From: a virus
UHGV virus genome: UHGV-0121368
DNA: 28,253 nt
Direction: 5' to 3' (one strand)
The notes under the pieces are model-generated. The model did not search any database, was not told the DNA's origin, and worked only from the letters and a program-made list of their open reading frames with translations. Position 1 is the first letter of the stretch; each line of letters begins with the position of its first letter. The translations under genes and the position numbers were made by a program. Below, in pieces: positions 1 through 8,608 of the stretch.

Positions 1-49
1 GTCCGTTAAAAAAGGCTCTGACCTTTCTGAAAAGCCGGAGGGGCTGGAA

Positions 50-550
50 ATGACAGTGATGACGCTTAATCTCGTCGAAAAACAGCCAGCAGCCATGCGC
101 CGGATAATTGGTAAGCATCTGGCCGTCCCTCGCTGGCAGGAGACATGCGATTATTATAATCAGATGATGGAACGCGAACGGCTAACGGTTTGCTTTCATG
201 CGCAGTTAAAACAGCGTCACGCAACGATGCGTTTTGAAGAAATGAACGACGTCGAACGTGAACGACTGGTATGTGCAATTGATGAATTGCGTGGGGCATT
301 CTCAAAACGCCGTCAGGTTGGTGCAAGTGAGTATGCATATATTAGTTTTTTAACTGTCAGTCAGCGTCGCACTTTATTTATGCACGCACGACTGACAGAA
401 AAAGAATTTAACCAGCCATACTGGCGAATTAATGAAGAGTCATGTTACTGGCGTGATGCTTTATTCCGTGCATTACGTGAATTATTCAGCCTGTTTGAGT
501 ATGCACCGACAATTCTGACGTCGGTAAAACCAGAGCAATATCTGCATTAA
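50..550 (+). CDS. B: Replication protein B (helicase-loader-like), 166 aa
   Basis: 166-aa ORF immediately upstream of the small-ORF cluster and A; length and N-terminus (MTVMTLNLVEKQPAAMRRIIGKH...) match my recollection of P2 gpB. Confidence 0.75.
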   Translation: MTVMTLNLVEKQPAAMRRIIGKHLAVPRWQETCDYYNQMMERERLTVCFHAQLKQRHATMRFEEMNDVERERLVCAIDELRGAFSKRRQVGASEYAYISFLTVSQRRTLFMHARLTEKEFNQPYWRINEESCYWRDALFRALRELFSLFEYAPTILTSVKPEQYLH

Positions 551-580
551 GTAATTAACAAGAGTTTTTAACGCACTTAA

Positions 581-838
581 TTGTGCGGGGCTTCTTTTTG
601 CCTGGAGAAAGTCATGCATACAGTTTCTGAAAATCAGTGCGGTAAATACGCATTACTGCTGCAACAGGCCAGAACCGAAGCACAGGCCGACGCAGCGACG
701 CGCTTTTCTTCTCATCTTGACGCCATGATTCGCCACATCACAAAGGCGGAGTTATCCCGCGTGGAGATAGTCGAGCTGCTCAGTCAGGAGTCGGAAAAAT
801 TTCACAATATCGGATTGTCTCGCGGGGAGGTGCTTTGA
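581..838 (+). CDS. Hypothetical early-region protein (P2 orf80 position), 85 aa
   Basis: ORF in the tightly packed B-to-A early cluster; its stop overlaps the next start (ATGA). No recognisable motif. Confidence 0.5.
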   Translation: MCGASFCLEKVMHTVSENQCGKYALLLQQARTEAQADAATRFSSHLDAMIRHITKAELSRVEIVELLSQESEKFHNIGLSRGEVL

Positions 839-1140
839 TGTCCTGTTCTCGTTCAATTGTATTACTGAATAACGCCTTAAAAATCGCCGTTATGGAAAAT
901 GGCGATTTGTCTCTTATTCAACTTGGTCTTGATAAAGAAAAGCGCGACATAACTGAATCTGTTATCGCGATTTATCAGAGCGAATTAAACCTCCTGTCTG
1001 ATGTGATCAATTTACTTGTGAAACGCGCTGTATTTCACAAGCAAATTTCCTCAGTGGATGAACTGACAAAATTAACGACAGAACTCGCCAGCTATTGCGC
1101 TGATGAATTTAAGAAACTGAACGACAAAAGGAACTGGTAA
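835..1140 (+). CDS. Hypothetical early-region protein (P2 orf81 position), 101 aa
   Basis: Translationally coupled with the flanking ORFs; same strand as the replication genes. Confidence 0.5.
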   Translation: MMSCSRSIVLLNNALKIAVMENGDLSLIQLGLDKEKRDITESVIAIYQSELNLLSDVINLLVKRAVFHKQISSVDELTKLTTELASYCADEFKKLNDKRNW

Positions 1141-1364
1141 TGCCGGACAACGTAGATTTTATTCAGGAACAACAGGCTGAATTACTGGAGCGCCAGATTA
1201 ACGCGGCAAGGGTAAAACATTGCGGTGTTTCTGCGCTGGTTTGCGAAGAGTGTGACGCGCCAATACCTGCTGCCCGTCGTGCGGCTTATCCGTCAGCCAC
1301 GCGTTGTGTTTCCTGTCAGTCAGTCTTTGAAGCAAAAAACAAACATTACCGGAGAATGGCATGA
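1140..1364 (+). CDS. TraR/DksA-family C4 zinc-finger protein (P2 orf82 position), 74 aa
   Basis: C-x2-C ... C-x2-C arrangement (CEECDAPIPAARRAAYPSATRCVSCQ) typical of the DksA/TraR zinc finger; translationally coupled. Confidence 0.65.
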   Translation: MPDNVDFIQEQQAELLERQINAARVKHCGVSALVCEECDAPIPAARRAAYPSATRCVSCQSVFEAKNKHYRRMA

Positions 1365-1636
1365 GCATTCGTATTGAAATTGGCGAACGTTATGTCGTTA
1401 CCAGTGACAGCTTTCAGTTTATTCTCCACGAGAAAAAGAGAGCGGAAAGCGGTAAAAACGCCGGTCAGGAATGGCTGGCGGTGGTTGGTTATTACCCGAA
1501 ATTAAGCCAGCTCGTTTCCGGCCTGATGCATCACGATATTCTGACCGGAAGCGCAAAGTCTTTTGCTGATTTAAACGCGCAGGTTGAGCAACTCAGCAGG
1601 CGTTGTTCAGAGGCTTTTGGCTCACATGGCCGTTAA
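1361..1636 (+). CDS. Hypothetical early-region protein (P2 orf83 position), 91 aa
   Basis: ORF overlaps the start of A by 11 nt; position matches P2 orf83. Confidence 0.5.
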   Translation: MSIRIEIGERYVVTSDSFQFILHEKKRAESGKNAGQEWLAVVGYYPKLSQLVSGLMHHDILTGSAKSFADLNAQVEQLSRRCSEAFGSHGR

Positions 1637-3893
1637 AGCCTCAGGGCGTTTTGTCCCTCCGTCAGCATTTGCCGCAGGCACCGGTAAGGCGTTTACTGGT
1701 GCTTATGCATGGAACGCGCCACGCGAGGCTGTCGGGCGCGAAAGACCCCTTACACGTGACGAGATGCGTCAGGTGCAAGGTGTTTTATCCACGATTAACC
1801 GCCTGCCTTACTTTTTGCGCTCGCTGTTTACTTCACGCTATGACTACATCCGGCGCAATAAAAGTCCGGTACACGGGTTTTATTTCCTCACATCCACTTT
1901 TCAGCGTCGTTTATGGCCGCGCATTGAGCGCGTGAATCAGCGCCATGAAATGAACACCGACGCGTCGTTGCTGTTTCTGGCAGAGCGTGACCACTATGCG
2001 CGCCTGCCTGGAATGAATGACAAGGAGCTGAAAAAGTTTGCCGCCCGTATCTCATCGCAGCTTTTCATGATGTATGAGGAACTCTGCGATGCATGGGTTG
2101 ATGCGCATGGTGAAAAAGAATCGCTGTTTACGGATGAGGCGCAGGCGCATCTGTATGGTCATGTTGCTGGCGCTGCACGTGCTTTCAATATTTCCCCGCT
2201 CTACTGGAAAAAATACCGTAAAGGACAGATGACCACGAGGCAGGCATATTCTGCCATTGCCCGCCTGTTTAACGATGAGTGGTGGATTAGTCAGCTTAAA
2301 GGCCAGCGTATGCGCTGGCATGAAGCGTTACTGATAGCTGTCGGGGAGGTCAATAAAGACCGTTCTCCTTATGCCAGTAAACACGCCATTCGTGATGTGC
2401 GTGCGCGCCGCCAGGCAAATCTGGAATTTCTTAAATCGTGTGACCTTGAAAACAGGGAAACCGGCGAGCGCATCGACCTTATCAGTAAGGTGATGGGCAG
2501 TATTTCTAATCCTGAAATTCGCCGGATGGAGCTGATGAACACCATTGCCGGTATTGAGCGTTACGCCGCTGCAGAGGGTGATGTGGGGATGTTTATCACG
2601 CTGACCGCGCCGTCAAAGTATCACCCGACACGTCAGGTAGGAAAAGGCGAAAGTAAAACCGTGCAGCTTAATCACGGCTGGAACGATGAGGCATTTAATC
2701 CAAAGGATGCGCAGCGTTATCTCTGCCGTATCTGGAGCCTGATGCGCACGGCATTCAAGGATAATGATTTACAGGTCTACGGTTTGCGTGTCGTCGAGCC
2801 ACACCACGACGGAACGCCGCACTGGCATATGATGCTTTTTTGTAATTCACGCCAGCGTAACCAGATTATCGAAATCATGCGTCGCTATGCGCTCAAAGAG
2901 GATGGCGACGAAAGAGGAGCCGCGCGAAACCGTTTTCAGGCAAAACACCTTAACCGGGGCGGTGCTGCGGGATATATCGCGAAATACATTTCAAAAAACA
3001 TCGACGGCTATGCACTGGATGGTCAGCTCGATAACGACACCGGCAGGCCGCTGAAAGACACTGCAGCGGCTGTTACCGCATGGGCGTCAACGTGGCGCAT
3101 CCCGCAATTTAAAACGGTTGGCCTGCCGACAATGGGGGCTTACCGTGAACTACGCAAATTGCCGCGCGGCGTCAGCATTGCTGATGAGTTTGACGAGCGC
3201 GTCGAGGCTGCACGCGCCGCCGCAGACAGTGGTGATTTTGCGTTGTATATCAGCGCGCAGGGTGGGGCAAATGTCCCGCGCGATTGTCAGACTGTCAGGG
3301 TCGCCCGTAGTCCGTCGGATGAAGTTAACGAGTACGAGGAAGAAGTCGAGAGAGTGGTCGGCATTTACGCGCCGCATCTCGGCGCGCGTCATATTCATAT
3401 CACCAGAACGACGGACTGGCGCATTGTTCCGAAAGTGCCGGTCGTTGAGCCTTTGACTTTAAAAAGCGGCATCGCCGCGCCTCGGAGTCCTGTCAATAAC
3501 TGTGGAAAGGTCACCGGTTGTGATACTTCGTTACCGGCTCCCACACCTTCTGAGCACGCCGCAGCAGTGCTTAATCTGGTTGATGACGGTGTTATCGAAT
3601 GGAATAACCCGGAGGTTGTGAGGGCGCTCAGGGGCGCATTAAAACACGGCCTGAGAACGCCAAATCGTCAGCAAAGAAACGGAAGCCCGTTAAAACCACA
3701 TGAAATTGCACCATCGGCCAGACTGACCCGGTCGGAAAGAATGCAAATTACCCGTATCCGCGTTGACCTTGCTCAGAACGGTATCAGGCCGCAGCGATGG
3801 GAGCTTGAGGCGTTGGCGCGCGGGGCAACAGTAATTTATGACGGTGAGCGGTTTAGTTATGCTGTAAAAGACGATTGGGTGATGTTTTCTTAA
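1626..3893 (+). CDS. A: Replication initiation protein A (rolling-circle nicking endonuclease), 755 aa
   Basis: Start moved to the ATG at 1626 (MAVKASGRFVPP...), which matches the P2 gpA N-terminus as I recall it; tandem-tyrosine region GYIAKYISKNIDGY typical of the rolling-circle initiator active site; length close to P2 A (761 aa). Confidence 0.85.
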   Translation: MAVKASGRFVPPSAFAAGTGKAFTGAYAWNAPREAVGRERPLTRDEMRQVQGVLSTINRLPYFLRSLFTSRYDYIRRNKSPVHGFYFLTSTFQRRLWPRIERVNQRHEMNTDASLLFLAERDHYARLPGMNDKELKKFAARISSQLFMMYEELCDAWVDAHGEKESLFTDEAQAHLYGHVAGAARAFNISPLYWKKYRKGQMTTRQAYSAIARLFNDEWWISQLKGQRMRWHEALLIAVGEVNKDRSPYASKHAIRDVRARRQANLEFLKSCDLENRETGERIDLISKVMGSISNPEIRRMELMNTIAGIERYAAAEGDVGMFITLTAPSKYHPTRQVGKGESKTVQLNHGWNDEAFNPKDAQRYLCRIWSLMRTAFKDNDLQVYGLRVVEPHHDGTPHWHMMLFCNSRQRNQIIEIMRRYALKEDGDERGAARNRFQAKHLNRGGAAGYIAKYISKNIDGYALDGQLDNDTGRPLKDTAAAVTAWASTWRIPQFKTVGLPTMGAYRELRKLPRGVSIADEFDERVEAARAAADSGDFALYISAQGGANVPRDCQTVRVARSPSDEVNEYEEEVERVVGIYAPHLGARHIHITRTTDWRIVPKVPVVEPLTLKSGIAAPRSPVNNCGKVTGCDTSLPAPTPSEHAAAVLNLVDDGVIEWNNPEVVRALRGALKHGLRTPNRQQRNGSPLKPHEIAPSARLTRSERMQITRIRVDLAQNGIRPQRWELEALARGATVIYDGERFSYAVKDDWVMFS

Positions 3894-3976
3894 ACTGATG
3901 GCATCATGATACATTAACAAATCTGAAGCAATGCTTTAGTAGTCGTGCATTAATAACTTATAAGGAATTATTATCG

Positions 3977-5299
3977 ATGAGTGCGTTAAGGGATGAAGTA
4001 TCTATGAAGGTTGCGTTCTCTAATGGCATGATAAACAAATTATGCAAAAGTTTTTTTTATAGTCATGGTAAGGAGCAGCCTTGTATTCAAGTCGGTAAAG
4101 CATTAGAAGATTTTGTTTTTTGGCTTGCATATAATGATGAGGAGATTGCAAAATGTGCTAGTAGGTTATTAAAAGCATATGGCCCCCAATTAGGTATAAG
4201 TGACCTTCACAATGCGAAAAGATTATTGTTAGGTTTTTGTTCTGAAGCCTTCAATCGCATTGATGCTGATTTTCTGTCGCTTAATCCTGATAAGATTTGT
4301 GTTGATGATATTATAACGCAAGTTCATAGAAAAAATCTTAGTGAGATGTTTAAGTATTATATACTTTCACGAATAAAATCCTGTCCGTATATTTATAATC
4401 TTGGGTGTGCTGGCTTTGATGGGAAGCTTGAGCTTAGAGAAAATTTATTTTTATATGGCCCGGGGCTAGGGGTGGAATTACTTTCTGATATTAAAGACAA
4501 AACTGACATCAAGGTTCCTGTTGATTTTTATGATGATGAATATATGCGGCATAAACCAATTGGGAAATATTTTCGACAGTCAAAATCCTGCTTGGTGGTG
4601 GCATATGCTTCATCAGAGGATAAAGCGGTGAAAATGTTTGATAGTTTGTTTGGAGCTTTATGTTTTGCGGTTGATAATCCTTTTGCGATTAATCGAGTTG
4701 CTGTTAATAATCTAGTTGAGTCTTTTGGTGTCGGGAAATATCATGAAAGTGAGTTTCGGGTGAATATTCCGTCTGTATATAATTTAAATATAACGGATTC
4801 AGCCTTGGCGATACTTACAAAAATACTTTCATCACCTGATAAAAGGATGTTGTCTGCTCTTTCCTTTATAGCGCACGGGTGGAGGGATGACAAACGTGAA
4901 AGGTTTTTGAATCAATTTATAGCATTGGATGCTATGTATGGAACCAATAATGGTAATAAAAATTCAATTATTGGCGGTGTTTGCAGAGATGCGGCGAAAA
5001 TTATTGATATTGATTCAAAAATAGGAATAATCTATGAGCTTAGGTGTAAGTTTGTTCATGGAGATATTTCATCGTTATCTGATAATGATAGCTATCGAAA
5101 GTTTATTGATAGCTATGGCGTGGACCCTATTGTTTCTCTTTTTGAAATTCTTAAAGAATGCGTCCTTAATTATAATGGTACTTACAAAACGCCAAAAGAT
5201 GTTGGAAAGGCAGATAGGTCTATTTGCGTTCCTGCTGAGTTGCTTCCAGCGGTTGAGAGGATGATAGCGGAATACAGTGGAGTTAAAAAAACAAACTAA
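3977..5299 (+). CDS. Unknown 440-aa accessory protein at the tin/old-equivalent locus; possible HEPN-like C-terminal region (R-x4-H-G)
   Basis: Long uninterrupted ORF in a visibly AT-rich stretch; AAGGA Shine-Dalgarno 10 nt upstream of the ATG; lies between the A stop and cos; no P-loop; motif ELRCKFVHGD at aa 354-363. Confidence 0.6.
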   Translation: MSALRDEVSMKVAFSNGMINKLCKSFFYSHGKEQPCIQVGKALEDFVFWLAYNDEEIAKCASRLLKAYGPQLGISDLHNAKRLLLGFCSEAFNRIDADFLSLNPDKICVDDIITQVHRKNLSEMFKYYILSRIKSCPYIYNLGCAGFDGKLELRENLFLYGPGLGVELLSDIKDKTDIKVPVDFYDDEYMRHKPIGKYFRQSKSCLVVAYASSEDKAVKMFDSLFGALCFAVDNPFAINRVAVNNLVESFGVGKYHESEFRVNIPSVYNLNITDSALAILTKILSSPDKRMLSALSFIAHGWRDDKRERFLNQFIALDAMYGTNNGNKNSIIGGVCRDAAKIIDIDSKIGIIYELRCKFVHGDISSLSDNDSYRKFIDSYGVDPIVSLFEILKECVLNYNGTYKTPKDVGKADRSICVPAELLPAVERMIAEYSGVKKTN

Positions 5300-5440
5300 A
5301 GATGTTCTTTTTAGCCTCGCCTGCATTAGGTGCATAAATTTGCATTCATTTTCAAATATATCTTTTGACAGCGAGCACCAGAACAGGCGCTTGCCGGGGG
5401 GATGATGCACCTGCATTAAAACCGCCCCATTAAGCGGGCG

Positions 5441-5459
5441 GGCGAGGCGGGGAAAGCAC
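5441..5459. other. cos cohesive-end sequence (GGCGAGGCGGGGAAAGCAC)
   Basis: Exact 19-nt string matching the P2/186-type cohesive end as I recall it, located between the accessory locus and the Q/P packaging genes. Confidence 0.6.
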
Positions 5460-5601
5460 TGCGCGCTGGCGGTGGTGCTGATTTTATTTTTTCAGCGTCT
5501 GAGCGCGTCGTGATGGCGTTTAGATTGTTCGCCGGGGCGTTGGTGTGTATGCGGGCTGTTTTGTGCGGTGGTGAGCGTGTGAGGGCGTGATGACGGGGTG
5601 T

Positions 5602-5623
5602 AAAAAAGCCGCCCGCAGGCGGC
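5602..5623 (-). terminator. Rho-independent terminator downstream of Q (minus strand)
   Basis: GCCGCC-CGCA-GGCGGC hairpin followed on the minus strand by TTTTTT, 6 nt after the Q stop codon. Confidence 0.6.
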
Positions 5624-5628
5624 GATGT

Positions 5629-6663
5629 TCAGCCGTTGTCAGTGTCCAGTGAGTAGTTTTTAAAGCGGATGACCTCCTGACCGAGCCAGCCGTTTATCTC
5701 GCGGATCCTGTCCTGTAACGGGATAAGCTCATTGCGGACAAAGACCTTTGCCACTTTCTCAATATCACCCAGCGACCCGACGTTCTCCGGCTTGCCGCCC
5801 ATCAACTGAAAAGGGATGCGGTGCGCGTCCAGCAGGTCTGCGGCGCTGGCTTTTTTGATATTAAAAAAATCGTCCTTCGTTGCCACTTCACTGAGCGGGA
5901 TAATTTTAATACCGTCGGCTTTTCCCTGTGGGGCGTAGAGAAACAGGTTTTTAAAGTTGTTGCGGCCTTTCGACTTCACCATGTTTTCGCGAAGCATTTC
6001 GATATCGTTGCGATCCTGCACGGCATCGGTGACGTACATGATGTATCCGGCATGTGCGCCGTTTTCGTAATACTTGCGGCGGAACAGCGTGGCCGACTCA
6101 TTCAGCCAGGCAGAGTTAAGGGCGCTGAGATATTCCGGCAGGCCGTACAGCTCCTGATTGATATCCGGCTCCAGCAGGTGAAACACGGAGCCGGGCGCGA
6201 AAGGTGTCGGCTCGTTGAAGGATGGCACCCACCAGTAAACATCCTCCTCCACGCCACGGCGGGTATATTTTGCCGGTGAGGTTTCCAGTCTGATGACCTT
6301 ACCGGTGGTGCTGTAACGCTTTTCCAGAAACGCATTACCGAATACCAGAAAATCCAGCACAAAGCGGCTGAAATCCTGCTGAGAAAGCCACGGGTGTGGG
6401 ATAAACGTTGAGGCCAGAATATTACGTTTGACGTAAATCGGTGAGCTGTGATGCACGGCAGCACGCAGGCTTTTTGCCAGACCGGTAAAGCTGACCGGTG
6501 GCTCATACCATCTGCCGTTACTGATGCACTCGACGTAATCCAGAATGTCACGGCGGTCGAGTACCGGCACCGGCTCACCAAAGGTGAATGCCTCCATTTT
6601 CGGGGCGCTGGCGGTCATTTTTTTTGCCGCAGGTTGCGGTGTTTTCCCTTTTTTCTTGCTCAT
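5629..6663 (-). CDS. Q: Portal protein, 344 aa
   Basis: 344-aa ORF divergent from the O/N/M capsid operon and overlapping the P stop; length and position match P2 gpQ. Confidence 0.9.
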   Translation of the reverse strand: MSKKKGKTPQPAAKKMTASAPKMEAFTFGEPVPVLDRRDILDYVECISNGRWYEPPVSFTGLAKSLRAAVHHSSPIYVKRNILASTFIPHPWLSQQDFSRFVLDFLVFGNAFLEKRYSTTGKVIRLETSPAKYTRRGVEEDVYWWVPSFNEPTPFAPGSVFHLLEPDINQELYGLPEYLSALNSAWLNESATLFRRKYYENGAHAGYIMYVTDAVQDRNDIEMLRENMVKSKGRNNFKNLFLYAPQGKADGIKIIPLSEVATKDDFFNIKKASAADLLDAHRIPFQLMGGKPENVGSLGDIEKVAKVFVRNELIPLQDRIREINGWLGQEVIRFKNYSLDTDNG

Positions 6664-8435
6664 CAGTAAAACTCCAGAATGGTGGATGTCAGCGGGGTGC
6701 TGATACCGGCGGTGAGTGGCTCATTTAACAGGGCGTGCATGGTCGCCCAGGCGAGGTCGGCGTGGCTGGCTTCCTCGCTACGGCTGGCCTCATAGGTGGC
6801 GCAGCGTCCGCTGCTGGTCATGGTCTTGCGGATAGCCATAAACGAGCTGGTGATGTCGGTGGCGCTGACGTCATATTCCAGACAGCCACGGCGGATGACG
6901 TCTTTTGCCTTGAGCACCATTGCGGTTTTCATTTCCGGCGTGTAGCGGATATCGCGCGCGGCGGGATAGAACGAGCGCACGAGCTGGAACACGCCGACAC
7001 CGAGGCCGGTGGCATCAATTCCGATGTATTCGACGTTGTATTTTTCGGTGAGTTTGCGGATGGATTCCGCCTGAGTGGCAAAGTCCATGCCTTTCCACTG
7101 GTGACGCTCAAGTATTCTGAATTTACCTCCGGCCACCACCGGCGGTGCCAGCACCACGCATCCGGCGCTGTCGCCACGGTGTGACGGGTCGTAACCAATC
7201 CATACCGGGCGGGAGCCGAACGGATTGGCGGCAAACGGCGCATAGTCTTCCCATTCTTCCAGCGTGTCGACCATGCAGCGTTGCAGCTCCTCGAACGGGA
7301 ACACCGACGCCTTGTCGTCAACAAATTCACACATGAACAGGTTTTTAAAATCGTCGGCGCTGTTTTCACGTTTGAGCTGCTCAATGTCGAACAGCGTGCA
7401 GCCACCTTTCAGGGCGTCCTCAATGGTGACAATCTGCCGCCACTGGCCGTCCGCACAGAGAAGCCCCCCGGCAAGGGCGTTATGACTGACGTCGATTTCC
7501 ACGCGTTCGGCGGCGCTGGCGCGTCCCCGGTTGAACAGTTCACCCGACCAGAATGGGTAGGCGTCGTGCGCCAGCGTGGACGGGGTGGAGAAATAGGTCG
7601 AGCGCAGGTGGCTCTGTGAGGCCATACCTGATGCCACCTTACGCAGTACCTGAAAATTCGGGATCCAGAAAATCTCGTCGACGTACAGGTCGCCGTTATG
7701 GCTCTGTGCGGTGTTGGAGTTGGTGCCGAGAAAAATCAGTTTTGCGCCGTTATTGCCCAGGACAATCGGGTCACCGGTCAGGTCAACGTCAACCAGCCGG
7801 GCAAAGGCGATGATGTATTCGCGGAACACATACGCCTGCGTTTTACTGGCCGACAGAAAAATCTGGTTATGACCGGTTTTCAGGGCGCGCAGCAGCGCCT
7901 CGCGGGAAAAATAAAACGTCGCGCCAATCTGGCGGGATTTCAGGATATCGCGGATGCGGTGCTCAAGCCCGGCGCGATACCAGTGCAACTGATAGTCGAA
8001 AGACTGCTCAAAGAAAATCTGCTCCAGCTTTTCGATGGCCTCGTCACTGAAAAAATTCTTTTTCGGTTTGCGACGCCCGCCTTTGTTGCGGTTAGCGACG
8101 TTCGGATTAAGGTCTGCCTCGTTGCCGGTCTGACTGTAGCGGTTTACCCGTGCCAGTCGTTCAATCTGGCGTCCGAGCAGGTCAATTTCCTTGAAGTCAC
8201 CGCCGGTTTTCTGCGGTTTGATGATGAGCTGGGTCAGCCGCGCTTCCAGACTCATTTCGACACGGCTGATGGGGGCAACGCTGTCCCAGCCGTCGCGCTG
8301 TTTCCAGCTCTGCACCGTCGGGCGTTTCATCTGCAACATGGCGGCAATCTGCGGCACGGAAAACCCCTGCCAGTACAGCAGCGCCGCCTGACGACGCGGG
8401 TCGTGTAAAAGAGTGGTGTCTGTGGTGATGGTCAT
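6663..8435 (-). CDS. P: Terminase large subunit (ATPase), 590 aa
   Basis: Start moved to the internal Met (MTITTDTTLLHDPRRQAALLYWQGF...) giving 590 aa, equal to P2 gpP; adjacent to the portal gene. Confidence 0.9.
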   Translation of the reverse strand: MTITTDTTLLHDPRRQAALLYWQGFSVPQIAAMLQMKRPTVQSWKQRDGWDSVAPISRVEMSLEARLTQLIIKPQKTGGDFKEIDLLGRQIERLARVNRYSQTGNEADLNPNVANRNKGGRRKPKKNFFSDEAIEKLEQIFFEQSFDYQLHWYRAGLEHRIRDILKSRQIGATFYFSREALLRALKTGHNQIFLSASKTQAYVFREYIIAFARLVDVDLTGDPIVLGNNGAKLIFLGTNSNTAQSHNGDLYVDEIFWIPNFQVLRKVASGMASQSHLRSTYFSTPSTLAHDAYPFWSGELFNRGRASAAERVEIDVSHNALAGGLLCADGQWRQIVTIEDALKGGCTLFDIEQLKRENSADDFKNLFMCEFVDDKASVFPFEELQRCMVDTLEEWEDYAPFAANPFGSRPVWIGYDPSHRGDSAGCVVLAPPVVAGGKFRILERHQWKGMDFATQAESIRKLTEKYNVEYIGIDATGLGVGVFQLVRSFYPAARDIRYTPEMKTAMVLKAKDVIRRGCLEYDVSATDITSSFMAIRKTMTSSGRCATYEASRSEEASHADLAWATMHALLNEPLTAGISTPLTSTILEFY

Positions 8436-8608
8436 GAATACCTCGCCGTGATGAATACACGGCAAGGCTACTGAGTCGCGCCCCGCGATTCGCTAAGGTG
8501 CTGTTGTGTCAGTGATAAGCCATCCGGGACTGATGGCGGAGGATGCGCATCGTCGGGAAACTGATGCCGACATGTGACTCCTCTAATCACTATTCAGGAC
8601 TCCTGACA
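8436..8608. promoter_or_regulatory. Divergent late promoter region between P and O (candidate Ogr-dependent promoters)
   Basis: 173-bp intergenic region between divergently transcribed late operons; position equivalent to P2 PP/PO; no exact TGT-N12-ACA dyad identified by eye. Confidence 0.35.

Noticed and set aside
1584-1625. Upstream extension of the A ORF (MSNSAGVVQRLLAH...) given in the ORF track
   Set aside because: The P2 A N-terminus as I recall it begins MAVKASGRF, which corresponds to the ATG at 1626; the extension overlaps the preceding ORF and is probably not translated.
5034-5264. 76-aa ORF nested in the cargo gene in another frame
   Set aside because: Fully contained within the 440-aa ORF; hydrophobic low-complexity product typical of an off-frame read of AT-rich sequence.
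3977-5299. Possibility that the cargo protein is an Old- or PARIS AriA-type ATPase, or a Lit-like protease
   Set aside because: No Walker A (GxxxxGK[ST]) motif and no HExxH motif anywhere in the 440-aa sequence.
5821-8408. Several long ORFs on the strand opposite Q and P (e.g. 5821..6279 +, 6735..7184 +, 7698..8408 +)
   Set aside because: They lie entirely antisense to well-supported, highly conserved portal and terminase genes; long spurious antisense ORFs are expected in GC-rich coding DNA.
8543-8608. Longer start for O (MRIVGKLMPTCDSS...) from the ORF track
   Set aside because: The ATG at 8609 yields exactly the 284-aa scaffold protein with a Shine-Dalgarno sequence upstream; the extension lies in the divergent promoter region.
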